Source: Octopus bimaculoides (lineage: Eukaryota). Taken from it: 64,000 bases of DNA. The translations under genes and the position numbers were made by a program. The notes beneath the pieces are model-generated. The model had not been told where the DNA came from, searched no databases, and was given only the letters and a program-made list of their open reading frames with translations. Where the stretch lies: positions 95,359,229 through 95,423,228 of the forward strand of contig NC_068989.1 of assembly GCF_001194135.2 (NCBI RefSeq). The letters run 5' to 3'. Positions 24,263 to 35,818 of this stretch are shown piece after piece. Position 1 is the first letter of the stretch, and the number at the start of each line of letters is the position of its first letter.

Positions 24263-24779
24263 TTATTATACCTGTGTTTGTTTTGATATTAAGATTGAAA
24301 AAAAAATTGGCCTTGTTTGTAAAGAAATTTGGACCTGTGTTTGCTCCCCTTAAGCAGATTTCGTTCCCAGGCCATTGACTGCATGGTTTCAAAGTGAACT
24401 ATTAAATCGCACAGCCACGTCTGTCAGAAACCTACCTCTTACGCTAACACCACTCGTTGCAGTCAGCGAAGCATTAATAACAGCCAAGCATTGCTAGCAG
24501 CTGTTGAAGATGATTGATACCTTTCACTTGTAATGTTTTCTGCATTTAGACATTAAACAAGAAGAAGAAAAAAGAAAAACAGGAAAAAAAATATATTTTT
24601 TAAAAAAATAGCAAACCAAGAAGTGTTTCTCCTTCTAAGACCTAATTGGAGCAAAATGAAGGTGTGGGAGATATTAATAGATGTGATTGCCAGGAATGGA
24701 CTGGCAAAAGAATTCAAAGACACACATCTTCCTAATGTGGCAATACTACTACTACCACCACCACCACCACCACCGCCAC

Positions 24780-24942
24780 GAAGAAGAAGAAGAAGAAGAA
24801 GAAGAAGAAGAAGAAGAAGAAGAAGAAGAAGAAGAAGAAGAAGAAGAAGAATAGCAAGCTTCCTACGCATGCAAGACTCCAAGAGTTCCAACAAAACCTG
24901 TGACAAAAAGAAATAATTATAATAATGATAATAATAATAATG

Positions 24943-24990
<48 letters not shown>
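24780..24990. repeat. (AGA)n followed by (TAA)n microsatellites
   Basis: Direct reading. Confidence 0.95.
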
Positions 24991-24992
<2 letters not shown>

Positions 24993-25306
24993 GTTAGCTT
25001 GGGAAGTTAAGCAGAAAAGTCGAGAGATATGAGAAGTTGGGAAGTGAAGCAGTTGTGGTCAATGAAAAGGATAGCAATAGTACCAAATAATTGTCGGAGT
25101 CCTGGGAACAGTGAGCAAAAATCTCGAGAAGTACGTGGAACAAATAGGGGCTGCAATAAGAGTGGAACACTTGTAAAGAACAGCACTGCTTGGAACCACT
25201 CGAATACTCCGGAAGGTGCTCGAAAATTAAGAGGTGTTACTTTAGTTCACTGGTAGGGAACAGCTGACACTGTAGTACATCTCCAGTGTCAGAAGCTATG
25301 CAAAGG
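24990..25306 (+). mobile_element. R4/Dong-like non-LTR retrotransposon 3' end between (TAA)n arrays
   Basis: Homologous to 26140-26310 (WEVKQLWSMK...GVLGTV...EQIGAAIRVEHL), continues to a stop and 3' UTR. Flanked by (TAA)n on both sides. Confidence 0.8.
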
Positions 25307-25339
25307 CAATAATAATAATAACAAAATCAATATTAACAA

Positions 25340-25560
25340 GAAAGATCCTTTTTTCCTATAGACACAAGGCCTGAAATCATAGGGGAAGGCATTGGCTGAT
25401 TACATCTACCCCAGTACATGACCGGTACTTATTCTATCAGCATTGAAAAGATGAAAGGTAAAATCAACCTCGGCAGAATTTGAACTCAGAGTGTAAAGAT
25501 GAACAACATGTCAATAAACATTTTTCTCTGTCACACTAACAACCCTCATGGCTTTTGCTG
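25340..25560 (-). mobile_element. Family C tRNA-SINE
   Basis: gacacaaggcctgaaatc...gaaaggtaaaatcaacctcggcagaatttgaactcag. Confidence 0.8.
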
Positions 25561-25565
25561 TCTTA

Positions 25566-25602
<37 letters not shown>

Positions 25603-25606
<4 letters not shown>

Positions 25607-26310
25607 GCACTGTACAAGCAATTGAAAACGAATGAAACTGAAAATAGGTGGGTAAAGAAAAGAATGCATGGACAATTTCATAGGGATGTTGAAGAGAAGA
25701 CAGACAAAGAAAAAAGATGGTAATACTTGAAATCACTTCAAAAAGAACCAATTGCATCTAATACAGAATAGACAACACAGCAGAAAGTGGTAAGTGCAGA
25801 ATCTGTGGACAAAATGGTGAAACTGTATGGCATATTACCAGTCAATGTATGCCACTAGCCCAGAAGGAATATAAGAGATGCCATGACAATATAGTAAGGC
25901 ACTTTGCAACAAGCATGGACTTGACAGAGCAAAAAATTGGTGCGACCACAAACCTGAAGGCAACGTCAAAAATAGAAATGCAAAGATCCTATGGGATTTC
26001 ATGATTCAGTGTGACCATGAGATAGAGAATAGGAAGCCAGACATAGTCTTAATTGAGAAAGAAAACAAACGCTACTGGATCATAGATATAGCATGCCCAG
26101 CTGACAACATGGTATGCAATAAGGAAGAAAGAAAAGTCGAGAGATACGACAGGTTAGCTTGGGAAGTTAAGCAGTTGTGGTCGATGAAAAAGGTAGTAGT
26201 AGTAACAATAATTGTCGGAGTCCTGGGAACAGTGAATAAAAATCTAGAGAAGTACATGGAACAAATAGGGGCTGCAATAAGGGTGGAGCACTTGCAGAAA
26301 ACAGCACTGC
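25603..26310 (+). mobile_element. R4/Dong-like non-LTR retrotransposon: RT C-terminus, CCHC knuckle and restriction-like endonuclease
   Basis: WVKKRMHGQFHR; KCRICGQNGETVWHITSQC (CCHC); ILWDFMIQCDHEIENRKPDIVLIEKENKRYWIIDIACP (PD..D endonuclease). Starts right after a (TAA)n array. Confidence 0.88.
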
Positions 26311-26614
26311 CTGCACCATATACATATATATGTTGATATATATATATGTATATATATGTTGATATATACATGTATATATATATATGTATATATACATATA
26401 TACTTACACATTCCAAAGGGAAACAATATATATATATGATATATACATATGATACTCACAATTTTGGGGGTAGAAGGACATGTGACCACCTGGCCCAGCA
26501 CCAGGAGAAAGCTAATTAGAAGACTATAAATACAAACCATCAATGGAATTGTAAAATGGTTTAATTATTTCCAAAGATTTAACGTATTTAACATGTAATG
26601 AAGCATTATAGAAA

Positions 26615-26670
<56 letters not shown>

Positions 26671-26904
26671 TGTGTGTGTGTGTGTAAAAGATTGTGTGTT
26701 TGTGTTTGAATAATGTCTTTAATAGTTGATATAAAATAGTTCTAAGAAGCCATAAAGTTGTCAATTAGCTCAAAGCCTACTCGAAAATGCTAACAGTAGC
26801 ACTGGAGCAGTAAAAGATACTTTGCCAGTTTGTCTTGGTTGTTTATTGGTTGACCTAATTTAGATAATTTCTACTGGAACAACAGAAAAACAAAAAGAAA
26901 AGTG

Positions 26905-26950
<46 letters not shown>

Positions 26951-26952
26951 AA

Positions 26953-27146
26953 TGTGAATCGCTGGCGATTTTTTTTCCCTCCGTTTTCCCTTCCCATTGG
27001 ACTTTTTCTGTTTCTGAAGAAGAGCTTTGATCGAAACGTTAGACCACCTTTCTTTCCTTCCCTGAGCGTCTGCTAATATTTCGCATGTACCACATACTCA
27101 AGTTGTTGTTTTTTGTGTTTGTTCTTGTTCTTTTTTTACTTGCTAC
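26953..27146 (+). mobile_element. ~190-bp hammerhead-bearing element after (CA)n, related to 19756-19940
   Basis: CUGAAGA A GAGC UUU GAUC GAAA CGUU^AGAC (27014-27044) with intact core and one stem II mismatch. Shares downstream ttcc(c/t)gagcgtc..ctaata with the 19756 element. Confidence 0.7.
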
Positions 27147-27494
27147 ATACATATTATAAATTATGAATTATTATGTGAAATAAACAGGAAAACAGTTTTC
27201 GTGCTACACTGTAAGGGTGAAATCCATTGTTAAAATGGGGAACACTACAGTTATCAGCTAAAATTGAAATTATGACAAATTGGCTACTTTATAAATAGAG
27301 ATAATTTTACCTCCCAGTTTTGTGACAGTTTTTCTGTGTGACAGTTTTGTTCAATTGGATTCTGGAAGATGTGATTGCCTGCTTGGTTCATGCACTTTAG
27401 GCTTTGTGTAGGGCATTTGTGGAATTGTTTATGCTCCAGGAGTTCGATAGAACTATTGTCAAATTTAAGATAATTTGTGTCACATCTGGGTCCA

Positions 27495-30470
27495 AAGTAT
27501 CTACATTCCAAGGATCGACATCCAAGGTTCGACATCTTAGGTTCCACATTCCAAGATTCGATATCCAAGGACTAAATTCCAAGGTTCGACATTCCACGGT
27601 TCGACACTCCAAGGTTCAACATTTCAAGGTTCGTCATTCCAAGGTTCGACATCCAAGTTTCGAAATCCAAGGTTCGACATTCCAAGGTTTGTAACCCAAG
27701 GTTGAGCACTGAATTGATAGCCGAATTTTATGACATTCCAAGGATCGACATCGTAGGTTCAACATCCAAGGTTCGACATACAATGTTCGACATTCCATGG
27801 CGCGACATTTCAAGGTACGACATTCCAAGGTTCGACATTCCAAGGTTCGGCATTCAAAGGTTCGACATTAAAATGTTCGACATACTAAGGTTCGACATTC
27901 CAAGGTTTGCAACCCAACGTCGAACTCTGAATTGATAGACAAATTTTATGATATTCCAGCGTTCGACATTCCAAGGTTCGACATACCAAAGTTAGACATT
28001 CCAAGGTTCGACATTCCAAAGTTCGTAATCCAAGGAATGCATTCCAGGATTCGACATTCCAAGGTTCAACATTCTAAGGTTTGAAAACCAAGGTTAAAAC
28101 TGAAAGGCTAGTCAAATGTTATGAAATTCCAAGGTTCGTAATTCCAAAGTACGACATCCAAGGATCGATATTCCAAGGTTCGACATTCCAAGGTTTGATA
28201 TTCCAAGGTTTGAAACCAAAGGTTAAACACTGAATAGCGAGACAAATTTTATGACATTACAAGGTTCGACATGGCAAGGTTTGACATCCAATGTTCGACA
28301 TTCCCTGGTTTGAAATGCAAGGTTCGATATTCCAAGGTTCGACATTCCAAGGTTCGACATTCCAAGGTTCGACCTTTAAGGTTCGACATTTCAAGGTTGG
28401 ACATTCAAAGGATCGACATTCCAAGGTTGGACATTCCAAGGTTGGACATTCCAAGGTTGGACATTCCAAGGTTTGAAACCCAAGGTTGAACACTGAATTG
28501 CTAAACAAATTTTATGACGTTCCAAGATTCGATCCTTTCCATGTCGAGCCTTGGAATGTCGTACCTTGTATGTCGAACCTTGGATGTCGATCCTTCGATG
28601 TCGAAATTTGGAATGTCGAACTGTGGAATGTCGAATCTTGGTATGTCGGACCTTGGAATGACGAACCTTGGAATGTCGGGCCTTGAAATATCGAACCCTG
28701 GAATGTCGATCACCGTATGTCGAACATTGGATGTCGAACCTTGAAATGTCGAACCTTCGAATATCGATCTTTTAAATGTCGAACCTTGGAATGTCAAACC
28801 TTGGATTGCCGAACCTTGATATGTCGAACGTTGAAATGTCGAAATTTGGAATGTTGTACCTTGGAATGTCGATCCTTGGAATATCGATCATTGGAATGTT
28901 GTCCTTGGAATCAAACCTTTGAATGTCGCACATTGGAATGTCGAACCTGGGATGTCGAACCATGGATTGTCGAACCTTGTAATATCGAAACTTTGAATTT
29001 CGAACCTTGGAACGTCAAATCTTGAACTATCGAACCTTGAAATTTCTAACTTTGGAACATCAAACCTTGGAATGTCGACCCTTAGAATGTAGTCCTTGGA
29101 ATCTCAAACCTTGGATTGCCGAAACTTTGAATGTCGAAACTTGGAATGTAGTCCTTGGAATGTCAAACCTTGGAATGTCAGTGCTTGGAATGTAGAATTT
29201 GGAATCTCAAACCTTGGGATGTCGAATCTTAGAATGTCGAACCTTGAACTGTCGAACCTTGGAACGACAAACCTTGAAATGTTAAACCTTGGAATGTCGA
29301 ACCTTGGAATGTCGAACCTTGGAAAGTCGTACCTTGAAATATCGAACCTTGGAACGTCAAACCTTTGAATGTCAAACTTTGGAACGTAGTCCTTGGAATG
29401 TCTAACTTGGATTGCCGATCCTTGGAATGGAATACCTCGGAATGTAGAACCTTGGAATGCCGAAACTTGGAACGTAAAATCCTGGAATGTCGGACATTGG
29501 AATGTCGAACCTTGCAACGTCAAACCTTGAAATGTCGAACCTTGGAGTGTCGAACCTTGGAATGTAGTCCTTGGAATATCAATCCTTGGAATGTCGAACC
29601 TTGCAACGGCAAACCTTGAAATGTCAAACCTTGGAATGTCAGACCTTGGAATGTAGACTTTGGAATGTCGAACCTTAGAATGTCGAACCTTCGAATATCG
29701 ATCCTTGGAATGTAGTCCTTGGGTATCAAACTTTGAAATGTCGAACCTTGAAATATCGAACCTTGGAATGTCGAATCTTGGAATGTCGAACCTGGGATGT
29801 CGAACCTTGGAATGTCGGGCCTTGGAATGTCGGACTTTGGAATGTCGAACCTTGGATGTCGAATCTTGGTTTGTCGGACCTTGGAATAACGAACCTTGGA
29901 ATGTCGGGCCTTGGAATATCGAACCTTGGAATGTCGAACCTGGGATGTCGAACCTTGGAATGTCAAACCTTGAAATGTCGATCTTTGGAATGTCGAAACC
30001 TGGAATGTCGAATCTTGGAACGTCAAAAACTGGAATGTCCGACCTTGGAATGTCGAACCTTGGAATGTAGTCCTTGGAATGTCAAGCCTTGGAACGTGAA
30101 ACCTTGAAATGTCAAACCTCGGAATGTCGAACCTCGGAATGTCGAACCTTGGAATGTCGAATTTGGAACGTCAAACCCTGGATTGTCGGGCCCTGTATTG
30201 TCGAACCTTGGAATGCCGAACCTTGAAATGTCGAACCTTAAAATGTCGAACCTTGAAATGTCGAACCATGGAATGTCGAACCTTGGAATGTCGAAACTTG
30301 GAATATCGATCCTTGGAACATCGAACCTGAGATGTTGAACCTTTGAATGTCGAACTTTGGAATATTGATCCATGGAATGTCAAACCTCAGAATGTCGAAC
30401 CTTGGAATGTCGAACCTTGGAATGTCGAACCTTGGAATATCGATCCTTGGAATGTAGTCCTTGGATATCA
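27495..30470. repeat. Head-to-head (fold-back) array of a 15-bp unit CATTCCAAGGTTCGA
   Basis: 27495-28532 reads (cattccaaggttcga)n and 28544-30470 reads (tcgaaccttggaatg)n. The orientation switch is at gacgttccaagattcga-tcctttccatg-tcgagccttggaatgtc. Confidence 0.95.
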
Positions 30471-31005
30471 AACAGACAGTCAGTAGTACTATTGCTATTG
30501 TGGCTGCACATAAGTGAGCTATAATTTCTTATGACTATTTTGCTCTAATCCATGGTGAAATAGATATATAATGAATGACATTCCAGTGGTGACCATCCTG
30601 TTATTTTGCATACCTTCTTTTAAAAGATGGTTGAGTGCATTTTAGGGAATTTTACTGTCATTTCTGGCAACTGAAGTGACCATGTGTAGGGTCCCCTATT
30701 GTCTCATCCCCTTTTGGTCGGTATCACAAGCAAGTAACGATTTACTGTAGCAGCAACATCTGCAGCAATATGTAAACGACAGGTAATTTGTTAGTTTTCT
30801 TTGTTACTGCATTTAATGGCATTTAAGGTGGACATTTTCACAAAAAAACATATTTGTCTCCAAAAACGTCCCATATGTGAAGCTGAGTGTCCCATAAACA
30901 AATTTTGTCCCTGATGCATTTTTCCTGAATATGTGTTGCTGAAATTGGATGGCATCAAATACACCTGTGTGTCTTTTATGTCATCAAATACATTACTTTC
31001 TAAGT

Positions 31006-31207
31006 TTAACCCTTTTGATTCCAGCCTGCTTACGACCGACCCTCGTTGGGAACTAAATAAAAAAAAAATCTTCCTGCAAAATTTCATTAAGTTCAAGACA
31101 CCAGGTTAATTAAGGACAAAGCTATTTCGTTAATTTTTCATTGCTTTTCAAATCAATTGAAAGAAAGGCAGAAAATTTCAATGGAAATGCAGCAATGAAA
31201 GGGTTAA
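31006..31207. mobile_element. piggyBac-type MITE
   Basis: TTAA|CCCTTT ... AAAGGG|TTAA: TTAA at 31006-31009 and 31204-31207 with CCC-starting ends. Confidence 0.65.
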
Positions 31208-31599
31208 TTGTTCTGGCTACTTTTAGCTTAGAGAATGGTGTAGTTATGTAAGTGTAGGGGATGCAGAAATAAATAATTCTAATAAATGAATTAATGAATT
31301 AATGAAGGAAGAACTGAGAAATAATTAAGGGAAATCATTTGAAATTTATCAAAAGGAAGCATTTTTGAGTTTAGACTGACTTCTTTATTACTTTTCTATT
31401 AATGACTTGTATATATGTGTTTGTGGGGGGTTGGGTGTTTGTGTGCGTGTGTGAGGGTGGGTGTTTATTGGAAAAGCTATTTGGAAGGTTTACTTAAACA
31501 ATTTGGATCAAGACAGAAAAGAATAGTCAGGATTGGAAGCGAATTGTGACCGACAGCATTTGATGGTCTGTTTGGTATTCTGATATGTATGTATGTATG

Positions 31600-31690
<91 letters not shown>

Positions 31691-31692
<2 letters not shown>

Positions 31693-31960
31693 AAGAGTTA
31701 TGGAATGGAGTTTGGGAAATCTGGACTACATATTTAGCCCAGATTTCCCCTACTATATTCCATAACTCTTTTCCACACACTCAGCAACCCCAGCTGCTTA
31801 CCAAGGAATATAGAAAGAGATTTGTTTCTTCAGCTCATCATTCTTCGATAAAAGAGGAAATAATCCGCAATCTTTCTCTCTCAGTAAAGCACTATTGTCT
31901 CCTGAAAGTCGTTTTTTATATTTATTATGGATTGCTTGAAGCTAACCGTCTTCCTACACC
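31691..31960 (-). mobile_element. Non-coding unit: decayed hammerhead motif plus 36-bp hairpin, abutting a long (TA)n
   Basis: Minus strand GAAGA AUGAUGA GCUGAA GAAAC AAAUC^UCUUU (31846-31814), 5-bp stem I; hairpin 31693-31770; (TA)n 31595-31690. Confidence 0.5.
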
Positions 31961-32009
31961 TCGATCCTTGGATCTTACATTTATATATATTTCTTTATTG
32001 CCCACAGGA

Positions 32010-32390
32010 GGCTAAATATAGAGGGGACAAATGAGGACAGATAAAAGAGGTTAAGTCGATAACATCAATCCCAGTGTGTAATTAGTACTTAATTTATTGA
32101 CCCCAAAAGGATGAAAGGCAAAGTCGACCTTGGTGGAATTTGAAGTCAGAACATGAAGAAGGACAAAGAATCATCAAGTATTTCACCTGGTGTGCTAACG
32201 ATTCTGCCACCTTAATCTAAATAATAATTAGAAGAAGAATAGTAATAATAATCCTTTCTTTTATAGGGCACAGAACCCAAAATTTGGGGGAGGGGGATAG
32301 TCGAGTACATCAACCTCCAGTACTCAACTGGTACCAAAAAGAAGAAAAGCAAAGACAACCATACCAGAATTTGAACTCAGAACATGAAGA
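32010..32390 (-). mobile_element. Two adjacent family C SINEs (32010-32215, 32255-32390)
   Basis: ggatgaaaggcaaagtcgaccttggtggaatttgaagtcagaac; ccagaatttgaactcagaac. Confidence 0.8.
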
Positions 32391-33231
32391 CAGAGATTGC
32401 ACTGCCCTGCATTGTGGCCCTAACCCCTTTCTGTTGCTTGCACTTTAAAGTTCACACCATGCAGAGTCAGAAAACATAGGAAAAGTGGCAACTCAGAACT
32501 CAGAATCTCTAAACCAGCAACAAGAAGGCATCACTTATTGATTATAGAGAATTGATCTTTTTTTAGTTAATGCAAGGTTTCTTCCATCAACAGATAATTT
32601 CCTCCAGCCAGTTTTTATCAATAACATAACAAAAAAAAAAAGAAAAGAACAACAAAAAAAAAACAACTTGTGAATGAAATATTATAAATTGTTTAGAAAA
32701 TTATAGCATATTGCAGTTCACCAATTTTCTATGTCGTGTATCAAAGTGAGCTGGCTTTGTGTCGTCACTTCTACATAAAAAGAAACTTTAATCTCTCATC
32801 TCTTCATCTATTACACTCTCACAGTCCTTTATCAATATTCCAGAGCATTGTTGTTGTTGTTGTTGTTGTTAATGTTAATATAGAAAACAATGCATTTAAA
32901 AAGTCCTTTTTTTTTTCTGAATGAATGAATTAAAATTTGGTTGCTGTAGTGTTGTTTGTTGTCCGAATATTATCAGAGAAAAGTGAAAAACAAGTGAAGC
33001 CATTTCAAAATTATCATTTACAATATTAGTTCTTCAAGATTGGGGGAGAAAAAGGAAGAAGAAGAAAAGATTTTTAAGCTTTAAGATGATGGAGCAAACA
33101 TAGATGCTTTGTTGACATTGGTACAGGACAATCAGAAAGTTGGTGGAGAGAAGCCAATCCTGCCAAACCAGTCTGAACTCAAATATTTGCAAAGTTTAAA
33201 AGAAACAAAAAACCGCTGCATAAATAGATTT

Positions 33232-33420
33232 TATCTTTTACTTGCTTCAATTACAGGTCTGTGGCCATGCTGGAGCACCACATATTGAACGATTCGGTCA
33301 AGCAAAGTGACCCCTGTACTTTTGATTTTTTTAAAGTCTGGTATTTATTTTAACAGTTTCTTCTGCCAAACTACTAAGTCGCAGGGAATGAACATGAATC
33401 AGCATGAGTTGTCAAGTGGC
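33232..33420 (-). mobile_element. Family B SINE 3' half
   Basis: ttacttgcttc...gtggccatgctggagcacc...ctgccaaactactaagtcgcaggg. Confidence 0.75.
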
Positions 33421-33447
33421 AAACACAAGTACACAAGGCACACTCAA

Positions 33448-33489
<42 letters not shown>

Positions 33490-33744
33490 AATTCAAACAA
33501 GTGGAAGAATAGAAGAAATGAAGTTGATGATGCACAGACAATATATTAAAATTTAATTATATTTTAAAATATAGGAATACACTTAACCGGTTTCACATTA
33601 GATTTTCAAACGTCTAAAGCATATAAATATATGGATTAAATCTGTCCCCAGGAGTGGTCCATAGTGGAATTTGAACCTAGAACACAAAGACTGAGAACAA
33701 TACCACAAGCCACCTTGCCTGATGCTCCAACACTTTCACTAATC

Positions 33745-33900
33745 TTTTTTGTTTTTTTCATTTTATTGACCCTGGAAGGATGAAAGGCAAAGTTGACCTC
33801 AGTGGGATTTGAACTCACAGGGCAGAGAACTAGGATCAAATATCTTAGTCTTATGAACGTGGTACTCCAGCATGGCCTTAGCTGTGATACTAAAATTAAC
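33745..33900 (-). mobile_element. Family C SINE, partial
   Basis: gaaggatgaaaggcaaagttgacctcagtgggatttgaactcac. Confidence 0.7.
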
Positions 33901-34095
33901 TAAAGCACTAATGAAACTGCTTGGCCTCAGACCATGTAAACGTCTCAGTTGAAGTTTAATGGATTTTGAGATGAATGTGTGTGACTCAGTAGGTAGTGTT
34001 GACATCGTGTGATAGTTGTGTCACCATCGTAATACAACTGGTGCCATTCATATCCAGCCTTCCATGAAAACAGTTTGATCAAAGGAAAACTTAAG

Positions 34096-34158
<63 letters not shown>

Positions 34159-35412
34159 TATCATCATCATCGTTGCGACCGTCATCATCTGCCTTCTTTC
34201 CATGCAAGCATCATTGACCAAAGTCATCTCTTATCCTGAGTTACTGCTCGTTTGCATGGTCTTCCCATATTTCTACAGCTGAATGTTCTACATAAATACC
34301 AATCACTTTACAGATAGCATTTTAACACAATGCCTGCAACAGAAAAGTTGTCATGTTTTTGATTTGAAAAAAAAAAAAGGATTTTTTACTTTGTCTCCAT
34401 CGAGCACAAGAAAGAGTTGACTGGAAGCATTCTATTATGGAACGAACATCGGAGAGATTGTCTTGTCCTCTATAAGACTAAATAATCTTCTTTACTTCGC
34501 ATATTATCTCTGTCATTTCAAAGTAGATACAGGCCAAGAGAGTGAAATAACAAATGTAAAACAGTTACTATTCAATGGCTGAGACTATGTCGCAGTAGCT
34601 GTGACTAAATACCGAATCTAAAAGCTGATAAATCTCATCCTGTTAACCAGTGTGAAGCCTGTAGAGCAGGAATGGTGGCATTCTGATTACTTGGTCAAAT
34701 TTAATTCTTATTTATTCACACTGTTTAGAATTAATCATAAAAATCTTGTAGCTTCAAGAATTTGAGGATGTGGTTGTTTATTTTTAGAATGATGTTGAAG
34801 GGTAGGTCTGAGAAGCCTGATGTGGCCAGTTTGAACTTATGTAAAATATTTGGGCCAGAGAATGATCAGTTTAGATGCTGCTACATCAGACCTTTTCTTA
34901 AATTCCCTGATCCAGCTAAGCCACTGGATCAGCTGGATCAGGGAGCTAAACAACAAAATGGGACAGTCACAGTTCAAACAGCTTTGATCACTGATCGATT
35001 TGATCAAATTGGAGCAGAGTCTTCAACAAAAGCAACAAGAACAATTAGAACAACATCAACAGTATACAACTTCTGAAAAAAATTAATTTCCTCCAATAAC
35101 TCAGTATTTCACATCCATGGCAAAATAAATTCAACCAATGAAATATGGCTCTCAAAAACGAAAAGAAAGAAAATAATATCAATTATGTTTTGTTATTTTT
35201 ACTCTTTATTATTTTTTTTCTTTTGTTTTGTTTTGCAACATGTTCTATTTTTTAATTTTTTATGCTTCATGTTTTAAAATTTTATTTTGTTGTTTTATTG
35301 TTTTATTATTCCAGCATGAATGTCAGTCATGAACTATTTCTTTTATGGAATAAAAGAGCCACACTTTACTTAACAACGCAACTCAAACAATTCTGGTTCT
35401 GGAAAAAAATAT

Positions 35413-35464
<52 letters not shown>

Positions 35465-35598
35465 TTCTTATAANNNNNNNNNNNNNNNNNNNNNNNNNNN
35501 NNNNNNNNNNNNNNNNNNNNNNNNNNNNNNNNNNNNNNNNNNNNNNNNNNNNNNNNNNNNNNNNNNNNNNNNNNNNNNNNNNNNNNGGAAAAAAATAT

Positions 35599-35650
<52 letters not shown>

Positions 35651-35786
35651 TTCTTATAAAGCTGCATACAAACTGTAAAACAAAAAGTACCTGTTACATA
35701 TATATGTATAAATGAGTATATATATATGTATGTATACATATATATATGTATGTATATATATGTATACATATACATATGTGTGTGTA

Positions 35787-35818
<32 letters not shown>

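Noticed and set aside
27686-28522. Repeat-and-spacer pattern superficially like a CRISPR array
   Set aside because: The spacers are copies of one another, the context is eukaryotic, and there are no cas genes.
27284-30471. Dozens of 60-170 aa ORFs on both strands
   Set aside because: Products of the stop-free 15-bp satellite unit; frames are repeatedly broken, with no splice or start context.
35401-35658. Identical ~73-bp sequence on both sides of the 35474-35586 gap
   Set aside because: Most likely a contig-end overlap at a (TAA)n tract, not a biological duplication.
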